Positions 25,252 to 35,907 of a DNA stretch of 64,000 nt are shown here, piece by piece; within the stretch, counting starts at the first letter, position 1, and each line of letters begins with the position of its first letter. Made by a program: the position numbers and the translations under genes. The notes under the pieces are model-generated. The model worked only from the letters and a program-made list of their open reading frames with translations. It made no database searches and had not been told where the DNA came from. The DNA lies in assembly GCF_000143415.4 (NCBI RefSeq), contig NW_003314292.1, positions 1,750,100 through 1,814,099 of the forward strand. Reading direction: 5' to 3'. Source of the DNA: Selaginella moellendorffii (Eukaryota > Plantae > Lycopodiophyta).

Positions 25252-25395
25252 TGGGAAAGAGCTCAAGAACCCTAGCCCTAGAGCAGCCACGTAGGATGAT
25301 GTTGCCAATGGAAGCCTGCCACGTATACCAAACCACGTCACACGTCACCAACAATTTTTGCTTGGGTTGATAAACCCTAGGCGGGCGAGAGAAGA
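25252..25395. promoter_or_regulatory. Bidirectional PLAA/PDI promoter with ERSE-I and UPRE
   Basis: CCAAT-ggaagcctg-CCACG (CCAAT-N9-CCACG) at 25305-25323, CCACGTCA (TGACGTGG on the minus strand) at 25333-25340, further CACGT cores and a telo-box AAACCCTAG near 25372. Confidence 0.75.
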
Positions 25396-27168
25396 ATGGA
25401 GATGGGACGACGATCTTCTCGCAGTGCGCTTCCCCTGATTCTACTTGTTCTTGGAATCGCTGGAGCGGCGCAAGGTCTTTACGATGCATCCTCGGACGTT
25501 GTCATTGTCAATCCATCGAATTTCAAGTCCAAGGTATGAACACCTGCATTCGCATTCTCTAGGCGTCATATAGACGAGGATTCTTCTTCCTAGGTGCTCG
25601 ACGCTAAAGGAATCGTAATTGTCGAGTTCTTCGCGAACTGGTGTGGTCACTGTAAAGCTCTAGCTCCGGCATGGGACAAAGCAGCCACAGCGTTAAAAGG
25701 GATTGTTACCATCGCAGCTGTTGATGCTGATACGCACAAATCTCTGGCAGCGGTACGTGTGGTTTTCTATAAGAATTATCAACTCCTCCACGATTCATTC
25801 CAGGAATATGGACTCCAAGGATTTCCTACGATCAAAGTTTTTGGAGTAGGGAAATCCCCTATCGATTATCAGGGTCCACGGGAGGCAAAGGGAATTGTCG
25901 AATTCGCGCTTCAACAGGTTAGAGATTTTTCCTTTCGTGTTTTCTTTTTTCTCAACTGGTTAAGCAGGCCAAGACTCTTGCACTTGATAGACTCAAGTCC
26001 AAAAAGAAGAGCCAAGACAAGGAGAAGAAGAACCAAGATAAGGAGAAGGCGTCGATTGAGCTTACGCCAACGAACTTTGACGAGCAAGTGCTAAAGAGCA
26101 ACGATATCTGGCTCGTTGAGTTTTTCGCGCCTTGGTACTCTTTATGCTATTAATTCTGGATGAAAGCTCTAACCTTTGTACCATAGGTGTGGTCATTGTA
26201 AGAAACTTGCGCCAGAATGGAAGAATGCTGCCAAGAGGCTGAAAGGCAAAGTTAAGCTTGGACAGGTGGATGGCGACGCGCACAAGGTTCGTCTTGCATA
26301 CAAAATGACAAGAGGGCTGTCCATGACCTGTTTTCTTTCTTTAAACAGGATCTTATGAGCAAGTATAGTGTCACAGGATTTCCAACTATCCTGGTTTTTG
26401 GAGCAGATAAGCAGAACCCGACGGTTTACCAAGGTGCGAGAGACGCATCAGCGATTGAGTCTCATGCTCTTCAGCTGCTGGAAAGTAGCGCTGTTCCGCC
26501 AGAAGTTACTGAGCTGACTGGACCGGTACGAAACTTATTGTTACCATGCATTCCTCGTCTTTGATTCACATTCTTGTGCAGGAAATCATGGAAAGTCACT
26601 GCTCTTCGGCAGCAATTTGTTTTGTGACGTTTCTTCCAGATATTCTGGACTCAAAGGCTGACGGCCGTAACCAATACTTGGACATCCTGAAGAACCTTGC
26701 CACGAAGTTTGGGAAAGACCCCTATGGGTACGTAACTAGCTCTCTTCCGAACTTTGGATCTACAGCGGCGATATTGCAGGTACTTGTGGGCCGAGGCTGG
26801 CAAGCAACCATCCCTCGAAAAAGCTGTTCAAGTTGGTGGATATGGCTACCCGGCATTAGTCGCTCTCAACGTGAAAAAGGCGGTGTTTCTCCCGTTAAGA
26901 AGTGCTTTTGAACCAAGCTCCGTGCTGTAAGTCTTTAATGGCACTTGAGTCGCCAAGGACTGATATCGTTGTTCTTGCCGATTGCAGGGACTTCGTGAAA
27001 GATGCAGGACAAGGTGGGAAAGGAAACCTTCCGCTTGGCACCGGCTACGAGATCGTCAAAACCGATCCTTGGGATGGTAAAGATGGGGAAGCTATTCCAG
27101 AAGAGGAATTTTCTCTCGAGGAACTAATGGCTGCTGATGAGAATGCTGATGCGCAGAGTGAACTCTAA
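25396..27168 (+). CDS. Protein disulfide isomerase, PDIA6/P5 (PDIL2-2/2-3) type, multi-exon
   Basis: Signal peptide, two WCGHCK thioredoxin sites, [47 protein letters not shown], acidic end with QSEL. Confidence 0.95.
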
Positions 27169-27774
27169 GAGGCACTGCCATCGCGTTGTAAAAGTTTTCT
27201 CTGATGGAATGGAAGGCTTCGGGCCCCCCGAATCAAACGACATATCGTTCGTAGCTTCTTACTTTCTTCTTTATTGTGGCTTTCGCTTTAGCAGATTCCT
27301 TCTGCAAGTTGCATCAGGGAAGACAGCGATTTGTAAGTAGCAGCTAGTCCCTTATTTACTTTCCACTTTTCATTCTTGCTAACGTTACTAGTGCGTTGTT
27401 TCAGGAACAGAGCTTGGAAGCTGGTATCAAAAACATGGCATTAATTGTTGAAGGACTGGTCGGCTCGTCGGATTGTGGAGCACGAGCTGGAAAGCCGATT
27501 CTCGTGGAACCAGCAGCGCATCAAGATCAAGTAAAGAGGTAGGGACCTTTGTCAATTCAAATGACCGAGCATGGACCACATGCCAGAGCTTTCTACCATG
27601 TCATTCCAGGAGCTAATGGCTATAAGATACTCCTGAAAGTTCCTACCGTCTTGGCACAACGTCAATCCTCCTCGAACTTTGAATCCAGCGTATGGATCTT
27701 CTTCTGCTTCGATTTTTCTGTTTCTCTGCTGTCGCTAAGATATATGCTCTTCGCTTTTGTTGTTGTAACAGATC

Positions 27775-28778
27775 ATGAGCGAGGAAACCCGTCCTTTGAT
27801 CAGTGGCAAGCGAGAACGTTACGAAGATGAGGAGCTCGTACTCACGCCTTTCACTGCTTTTGCTAGAAAGGTCCACCGATCCGATCCATCTCTTCGATCA
27901 TGCTAACTTCTTTGGCCTTGTTCTGATCTTGAAGGTTGGTGCCGAGTTCATTGGAACGTTCATTCTCATCTTCACCGCCGCGGCAACTCCTATAGTGAAC
28001 AAGCAGCTCGGTGGTCTTTCGGTCTTTGCACTGTCTGCTACTCCCGCCCTGGCCGTGACGACCATCATCTTCTCAACCGGCCATATTTGTGGAGCGCATC
28101 TAAATCCATCCGTCACTATAAGTTTCGCTGCTCTCGGACAGTTTCCTTGGATCCAGGTTGGTCAGATCGAGCTCGTAACTTGAAGCTGTCGTGATGACTT
28201 TCCTTTCGCGAGTGTACAGGTTCCCGTCTATATTTTCGCGCAGCTCCTGGCATCTGTTCTGGCCTCTTTCATTCTCAAAGGGGTCTACTATCCAGATATC
28301 GCCGCAGGAGTGACGGTTCCCATTGGATCGGACCTCCAAGCTTTCGTCCTGGAGCTCGTGATATCCTTCATCCTCATGTTTGTCAACACAGCTCTCGCCA
28401 CCGATAGATCTGCGGTACTCCTTCCCGAGCTCTTCACTTTGGTGGTTTGATCTCACATCTTTTCTGTCAGGTTGGAGACATGGCAGCCGTCGCAGTGGGC
28501 GCTACAGTGTTTGTCAACAACTTGGCCGCAAGGTACTTGTGTGTGCCTTCTAAACCTTTGATCTTTTCTTTGTTTCACTCAGCCAAGCGACTGGAGCATC
28601 GATGAATCCAGCCAGAACTATCGGCCCTGCCATCGCCGCCAATTGCTACAAGAGCCTCTGGGTCTACATAGTGGCACCGACGCTTGGTTGTCTTCTCGGT
28701 GCCGCCGGCTACACGATCGTGAGAACCACCGGCGCGAGCAAGCCCAAGAAATGGGGAAGAAACGAGCTGCTCCAGTGA
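27775..28778 (+). CDS. NOD26-like intrinsic protein (NIP aquaporin), 5 exons
   Basis: KVGAEFIGTFILIF, GHICGAHLNPSVT, QVPVYIFAQ, LELVISFILMFV..ATD, TGASMNPARTIGPA, LWVYIVAP. Start codon approximate. Confidence 0.93.
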
Positions 28779-28817
28779 GTGAGTGAATATTCCGGGTTTG
28801 AATAAGAATATCCTACC

Positions 28818-29924
28818 TCAAGTCGCGAAAAAGCTAAGCATTTCGTTCTCCATGACGTGAACGTTGCCGGTGATGACGAGACAATGCAAAGGCGTGCCAA
28901 ACTCCGTTGCTTCCAATTGTTTGAGCGTTCCAGCCACTATCTTCTGTGACTTTGTTCCTAGGCGTGCCAATCCTACTGCTAGAGTCTCGTCACTGTAAGC
29001 TGGAAGAAGTAACAAAGTTAGATCTTTGATTGATTGATCCAAAGTCTTCCAAACCTTTCTCTTTGCGTTGCTCCTCCACTTCCAGCAATTGCTCCACTGC
29101 TGTGTTGATGCTCATGTATCTCGGCGGCTCGTACGTGTTCTTCAAGCCTCTAAGCAAAGTTTCAAGCGTAAGAGGATTCACGAGGAAATTTTTTAAAAAA
29201 ATTTGGAGCTTACCTGCACAAGGCCTCCACGGAAGGCTCCTTGACACGAATATCTAGTGAAGAACACAGTGAGAAACTCGAGGAGAACGATCGGTGTTAG
29301 AACAGTAGCTTACGTACCGAGGAGGCACAAAGTGTGCAAACCAAGTGTCCGGTTTGCTTTGATCTTGTCGTAGAAACTATCCGGTTTCCAAGTCTCCGTG
29401 AAGAATGGAATGGAAATGGTCTCCCCGAATCGATAGAGCTGCAAGCCACACACACCGATCGCGTTCATGACCGATGCGTTGTGGATGACTTCCACTTCGA
29501 CGCCGGATCTCCTCGCACGGACCACCAGGTCGGAGTGAGTGGTGGCACTGTAGCGAAGAGCTTAGCGAAATAGAAACGAGTAAAGATATTCCATACCCGA
29601 ATGGATCTCCAACCACAAGGAAAGCCACTTTCTCGGATCGCGCAGCCTCGACAATCTCCTCGGCAGCCTGTTCTACCATCTCCCTATCTGCGAGTATGAT
29701 CTCTCGTCCATAGAAATCTTCCTGTGAGAGCTAGCAGATAAGAGAGAATCGAGGATCGAGGAGGATATTACCAGTCTAGAAATCGTGGACTCCACAGGGC
29801 CTAGATCGAGCAAGGATGTGTACGCCTCCAAGTAGACGCGATCGGCGCCACGCACGGCGTCCATCCCCCGGATCGTGATGTCGCGCTCGTCGCCCAGGCC
29901 CAATCCCACCATAGACAGCACCAT
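28818..29924 (-). CDS. DPH5: Diphthine methyl ester synthase (multi-exon)
   Basis: [84 protein letters not shown]. Confidence 0.96.
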
Positions 29925-30194
29925 CGCTAGACGCTAGGGTTGAGGGTTCTAACGGAGTAAAATAAAATGCGCCTTCTCTAGGGTTCTAGCGCCGGAGTGG
30001 GAGGAATGGCGCTCTCGCGCGCGTGATTTCGCTGCGCAGAATGCCCGGTCACAGACTCCAGGTTCGCAGCTCCTGTCCCTCTCTCTCGATTTTCTTCCTC
30101 TGCTTTGGACTGGTTCTAGATTGCCGTGATTCTTAGCTGGATTGACGCGCGTGATCATAGGAATTCTTACTACGTGTTCTTCCATAGGAGGTCA

Positions 30195-32634
30195 ATGTCA
30201 AGCAAGGCTGGAGGATGGAAACGAGACAATCTGCGAGTGAGATTTCCTTCCGCTCGATCCATCGAAGAGACCGGCCTTGACTCGTCCAGGTACCGTGAAG
30301 ACCCCTCCCTCTTCTCGCCGCATTTGGCTCACCAGGGGCAGTCCATTCTAGCTCCTGATGGGAGCATGTCGATCGATCGCTGGGGAGGAGAAAGCAAGCA
30401 AGAGGAAGAAGAGAAAGGCACCGATGCTTCTTCTTCCACAATTGCTCTTGAGCAGCGTCGAAAGAAACTGGGAGCTAGAAGCTTCAGGTCTCCGAGCTTC
30501 CGGCTCCAGGAAGGGAAGATAGACGACGTTGCCGAGCATGCCAAGGCCAAGAGGTTTAGAGTAAGGAAGGGATGGAAGCTGGCAGAGGCAGTAAGAAGGC
30601 ATAGCCAGGCTTGCGAGATGGACTCCATGTCAAGCTTGAGTTACGAGAATCTGGAGGAAGTTCTTCCTGCCGCTACTTCTTCTCCCAGAGCTAAAGTGGG
30701 AAAGGACGTGGGTGTACAGGTTGACTTAACAGTGGACGAATTCATGGGTGACAACGCTTCGTCGACGCTAGTGCCCGTGCTTGCCAAGTCCGAGAGTGAT
30801 TCCACGTCTCTTGCCAGCCCAAGTGTAGATGAAAACAGTCCGACGTTTCCCAGCTCCAAAGCGGTCATCGATACCGAGAACGCAGGAGGAGTGCTAGATT
30901 CTTCGACTCCAGGGGAGTCGCTACTGGCTCGCAATAGGTGGCGGAGGCTCAGACATACTGTGGCCTTTGCCACTCACATGGCACACGTAAAGAATTCTCC
31001 GAACGATCTTCTGGAGGAGAAGAGGGTGGAGGAGCTGAATGAAGGAGGGGCAGGAGGCGTTGGCGCGGCTGCGTTTGAAGGATCGAAAACGGGGCCGCAA
31101 CATCGTTTGAAAGGGAGGAAAGGAATGGAAGGGCTCGTTGTGCGACAGGACAAGTCACTCATCGGTTTCGTCCAGGACTTTTACGTTGCTTGCTTGAAGG
31201 TACCGCAATAGTCTTCTTTGTACTTAAATGTGGTGTCTACCTTCTGTTTTTCGTGCAGATGTCTATCGGGTATTTTCTAGTTGGAGTTTTTCTTGCTCCA
31301 ATGGCATTGTCATTATTATTCATGCCTTTGTTCCTGCTAAACATTGACGGGCTTACTTACGATGAAGCTATGGCGGAGCAGGGACTTATCGGCCCTCTCG
31401 CGTCAGCGAAAGAAACATGCTTAGCTGTTTTAAACGTCTTCCTTTATGCGTAAGATCCTCCCCGGCTCCCTATATTTTTTGTGCTGATTTTTGGATTGCT
31501 TCTCCCAGGTTGTCTTTGTCAACAACCTTTGGCGGATCTCCTGTCATAGCGGTCTCACCGTATTCTCTGTTGATAGCAAACGTTAACACCCTTATGGCAC
31601 AATTTTTGTTCGTCTTTCTCAGTGGAGCTGGTAAGCAGAGACTGGTCTCTCAAGAAGCAAAACAGCTAACACTCATGTCAACCCAGTGTTTGCCCGAATG
31701 TCGCAGCCATCGCATCCCATCCGGTGTTCAAAGAAAGCGATAATAAAGAAGGATGACTACATCCCGAGCTTGGGAGATGGCGAAAAGTTCAGGTAAGTTC
31801 TCGTTTAACAATCGTGTCAGCTCTCACTTTCCCATGCAGGGTCCTCAGCATTCGACTAGTGTTGACAGGGCCACCGCCGTGCGAGCTTGTTGACGCTAAA
31901 ATATGTCTCACTTTCAGGATATTTGTCACTCTCCCGTCTGGTTCCGTGTTTTGCTCGACTCAAGATCTGGACGTAGTACGACCCGAGGCAAACGAACTCT
32001 TGCTTTTGTTTCAACGATACTCAATCTTCTTATGTGACAGGTTTCATACTTGAGATATGGACTCATGGTGCGGCACATCATAGACAAGAAAAGTCCTGTC
32101 TATGGACACACGAACGAATCCTTGGTCGATGGCGACGCTTCGTTTTCCTTGACTGTCATGGGCCTGGAGCGAGCATCAATGCAGCCTATATTCCATCTAG
32201 AGGTGATTCAAGTTCCTCAATTCATGGCGGGCGGAATTCAAGAGTGGTGTACTACTTAACTGCAGGATTACTTCGTCCACGACGGCGACGTTGTCTGGGA
32301 TGCCGACTACGTAGATTTCATCCAGATCAACGACAAAGGATTGAGAGTACTGGATCACTCCAAGATCGACCTCCTCAAGACTTTCAAGGCAAGCAGCTCT
32401 CCTTTAGATTTCTATACTCGCCGTGCTCACCTCGTCTCTATCCAGGCCGCAGGAACAGTCTCGCAAGCCGTGGCTCGAATGAAACGAGCGGTTGACAAGC
32501 GCGAAAGCGAGAAACAAGAAGAAGAAATCCCCGAGACAGTCAGTCCGCTGAGAAGCTGGGCCTCGGGGATTCGCAACAGGAAGCTCTGGAAATGTATGTC
32601 CTCCTCCTTTACTCGCGCCGAGACCTTCCGGTAG
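30195..32634 (+). CDS. Inward-rectifier (Kir/KirBac-like) channel homolog with long N-terminus and altered selectivity filter
   Basis: Spliced translation gives the slide helix QDFYVACLKMS, TM1, pore segment FLYALSLSTTFGG, TM2 ending GAVFARMSQP, then RCSKKAII, VLSIRL, ELVDAKI, RHIIDKKSPVYG, G-loop region VMGLERASMQP and VVWDADYVDFI..LDHSKID. These are colinear with KirBac/Kir motifs. Confidence 0.85.
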
Positions 32635-32787
32635 CGAGATCAAAGCTTGCGATCCAGAGACCATAGATCAAAGACGTGACAACACAAAGATCTACAGTCA
32701 CAAAGATCAAAGCTTATATGTTAATAAATATAAGCGGTGTTATATATTTGTAGATCATATGGAACAATCTCTAAGATCTTGCGAAGA

Positions 32788-33417
32788 TCACTTCTCTTTC
32801 TCGTCTTTCTCGTCCTTCTCGTCCACAGTGGCGCCCAAGTGCCGGAACTTGGCGGCGTGCTTCATCTGCGCCAAGAGATTGTCCAGCGCCTCCCCGCAAA
32901 CGTTGCTCGCGCGCCCATCGTACGGACTTCCCGCCAAGACCTTCATCTTGGTCGGGAAGAAATCCCGGAGCTTGTGGAGCATCTCCGTGGCCTTGAGGAA
33001 GAGCGCCGGCTCGATCTTGTCCCCGTCCATGCTCCGCCGCGCCAGGTCGCAAATCGGCGCGAACTCCTCGTCCAGGATCTTGGTTATCTTGCGATTCACC
33101 AGCGTCTTCACCTGGAGCTCGCGATCCACCGGGCAGCAGCACAGGATCGTGTTGAGCGCCTCCTTCTTCTCGTCGACGTCTTCCCACTCCTCTTCGACCT
33201 TGAGATAGGCGGCGATGAGCATCGCGCGGAGATACGACTCCCAGGAATCGAGATCGTCCAGCGCTACCTCCGTCGGCTTCTTCCCCAGATTCTTGCGCTT
33301 TGCCGGGTAGCCGTGGCTTTGCCGCTGCTTGCGCCGCTTCTTCTCGAGCCGCTTCTTCTCATCCTCGTCCGGATACAACTTCATCACATACCGCGTTGCT
33401 GTGGATGCCGCCGCCAT
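32788..33417 (-). CDS. Uncharacterised protein (209 aa), paralog of 33848-34489
   Basis: Intronless GC3-rich ORF with good start context (gcggctATGG). Shares colinear motifs with the neighbouring ORF. Confidence 0.8.
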   Translation of the reverse strand: MAAASTATRYVMKLYPDEDEKKRLEKKRRKQRQSHGYPAKRKNLGKKPTEVALDDLDSWESYLRAMLIAAYLKVEEEWEDVDEKKEALNTILCCCPVDRELQVKTLVNRKITKILDEEFAPICDLARRSMDGDKIEPALFLKATEMLHKLRDFFPTKMKVLAGSPYDGRASNVCGEALDNLLAQMKHAAKFRHLGATVDEKDEKDEKEK

Positions 33418-33847
33418 AGCCGCGCCGCGATCGTGAGAGAGAGATCCAAGAGAAAGGTCGAAGCGAGAAATCTAGAAACCCTGGCGCCTATCTATCCAAC
33501 GCTGCTGGATTGCTCGATCTCTCGTTCTTCCTAGGCCTTTATATTCTCGCGGCGAATATGCCTGCCTTAAAAAAAGCATCAAAATCTATGCTCCCACTTC
33601 TCTTTGACGATGCCGATTAGCGTAAGCAGCACGGCTTAGACGATCTAGTCAGCGTATCTTTGACCAAGCTATGTGAGTTCGTGTGTTTTTTTCCCTCGCA
33701 TTGTGTGTGCTCGTTCTTCCTCGCGATCGCTTGCCCTAAAGTCTCGCCCTTTCTCTGCAGGGTAGCTCCTCTCTCTCGCAATCTCTCCCCGATCTCTCTT
33801 CTCCGGCGCTCGATCGATCGATTTCCTGGGATTTCCTTCGCGGCGCG

Positions 33848-34489
33848 ATGCGGTGGCTCCGATTCTACGTGGACGAGGAGGAGAAGCAGCGGCTCCGGGA
33901 GGAGGCGCGCAAGAAGAAGCGGCGTAGCGGCAGCAAGAAGAAGGCCAAGCCCCGGGAATCGGCGGTGATGGAGTCGCTGGGCATCCCTCTGGCGACCCGG
34001 GATTCCTGGAGCTGCTACGTCCGCCAGATGGTAATCGCGGCCTACCTCCGCGCCAAGGCGGCGCTCGAGCCCGGCGACGATGGCGAGCACGAGAGCGAGG
34101 ACGACGATGCTCCGCCGCGGCCCATGGAGATCATTCCCATGCTCTGCCCGCCGGCCAAGCGCCCCTTGCTGGATGACGCGCACTTCAAGAAGCTCACGGC
34201 GCGGACGCTGCTCGGCGACGAGGGGCTGGGGCCGATCGTGGATTTGCAGCGGCGGACCGAGGATGGCGCCGTGATCGAGCCGGAGCTGGTGGTCCGGACG
34301 GCCGCCATGCTCAAGAAGCTGCGCAAGTTCTTCCCGGATTCTCGCGACAAGGTCAAGGACACGCCCTACGACGACGATGATTTCGCGATGTACAATGTGT
34401 CGAGGGCGCTCGAGGACGTGACCAACGATTTCCTGGAGGCGGCCAAGCTCGGGTACGTGGGCGCCAAGCTCGTCTACGAGCTGGATTAG
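33848..34489 (+). CDS. Uncharacterised protein (213 aa), paralog of 32788-33417
   Basis: Intronless GC3-rich ORF sharing DSWxxYxRxMxIAAYL, PIxDLxRRxxDGxxIEP, MLxKLRxFFP, PYD and AAK..GA with the divergent neighbour. Confidence 0.8.
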   Translation: MRWLRFYVDEEEKQRLREEARKKKRRSGSKKKAKPRESAVMESLGIPLATRDSWSCYVRQMVIAAYLRAKAALEPGDDGEHESEDDDAPPRPMEIIPMLCPPAKRPLLDDAHFKKLTARTLLGDEGLGPIVDLQRRTEDGAVIEPELVVRTAAMLKKLRKFFPDSRDKVKDTPYDDDDFAMYNVSRALEDVTNDFLEAAKLGYVGAKLVYELD

Positions 34490-35487
34490 GGTTCTTCTTT
34501 CCTGGCCTTTCTTTTTCGCTTCTTGTAAGATTTCTTGTGCGACTCTACTTACGATGGATCGTTTAATATAATTCGATTTTTGGCAACGAACCGAGAGCCC
34601 TAAACCTCTAACTATAAATAGTTAACAGTGGTAATTTTATAAATATTATTTTATTTATTGCTTTCCTAAAAGATATTTTAACTTTTAATAATTAAAGAAG
34701 AAAAAGTGCTATGCATAAAGGAGAAGTTAATATAAAATTATATTACTAGTACTTCATAAATAAATAAAACTGCTTTTAAACTTTCTTTTATTTTTTTATA
34801 ATTATTATTTTTTATTCATATAAAATCATGTATATAGTCTAATTTAGTCACAATTTTATATTTTTATTAAACATTAAACCAACAAATATTGGAATTTTAA
34901 TACAATGGTTTCCTTATCATATTTGGTGAAAACAATGAAATTTTTATTAGTATTAAAAAATGAACTGTATGGTTATAAATTTTGCTTAAAATAAATAATG
35001 AATTAAAAGAGAAAAGACCCATAAGTAATAGTATATTCTTTAAAATTGTTTTAATTAAGTATCATTGAGTTTAAATAATATTAAACATCCTAGAAAGTTT
35101 AAATTCAGAAATCTATATTTGGTATCTAGTTCCAACTCTACTAGTTAGTTATATCACACCACTAGTTTAATTTAGGTAGGCTAGGCACCAAGAAAGTATG
35201 GTAAATTGTAAGCAATTAAAGAGACCAATTTGAAAAACAAAATCTATTATTATTTAAATATTAAAATAAAGGAATAATAAATAAAATTGCACAATCTTTC
35301 CCTCTTTAACAATATTATCTATAATTATATTTATAACTATTTAGCACATTAAATAACATATACTATAGTATTCTTAATTTATTTTATTTAAAATAAAATA
35401 TAAAACCCCAAACCAAACCAAGTGTTGTTATTAATTAAGCATAATAAATTTTTCAAATAAATATTTTAATCTTTAAATATTTCTTAA

Positions 35488-35907
35488 TTAGAAATTCTGA
35501 TCATATGCCTTTTTAGGCAAAGACCATTCAAAATATTTTGTTGTGTAAGTTTGAAAAATACCATATCCAAAAATATAATATTCTATATTTTTAGCTTCTT
35601 CATAATCACTATTACTATCTTGAACATAAGCAGAAAAATCTCTTGATTTTCCTATAAAAGGCCCATCATTTACTTTAAATTGACACCAAAACTGAGTTCT
35701 ACCAAACCAACGTGTTCCAAATTTAAATGAAAATTTCTTTCTATCTTTAAGAGTAAATGGACCTATTTTATCATCATTTGATTCACATGATGCATCAATA
35801 GACGCACCTATTCTATTAATAACATGAAGTTCTATTGAAGAACACAAAAAAATTGATGAATATAAAATGATATAAAACATAAATAATTTCAATTTTATAC
35901 ACATCAT
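35488..35907 (-). CDS. S-protein homolog (SPH / Papaver self-incompatibility S1 family) secreted protein
   Basis: Signal peptide, then LHVINRIG, CESNDDKIG, FSFKFG..FGRTQFWCQF, matching the S1/SPH pattern (V.I.N..C.S.DDDLG..F.F.F..G.T.F.C.F). Intact ORF in very AT-rich DNA. Confidence 0.82.
   Translation of the reverse strand: MMCIKLKLFMFYIILYSSIFLCSSIELHVINRIGASIDASCESNDDKIGPFTLKDRKKFSFKFGTRWFGRTQFWCQFKVNDGPFIGKSRDFSAYVQDSNSDYEEAKNIEYYIFGYGIFQTYTTKYFEWSLPKKAYDQNF

Noticed and set aside
31981-32040. Possible GC-AG intron in the Kir-like gene (GAG|GCAAAC)
   Set aside because: An in-phase GT donor (GTACGA) lies 12 nt upstream, so this cannot be decided without cDNA.
32737-34362. Long antisense ORFs (265, 188, 106 aa) over the orphan pair
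   Set aside because: Shadow ORFs of high-GC3 coding strands. The motifs shared between the paralogs lie in the called frames.
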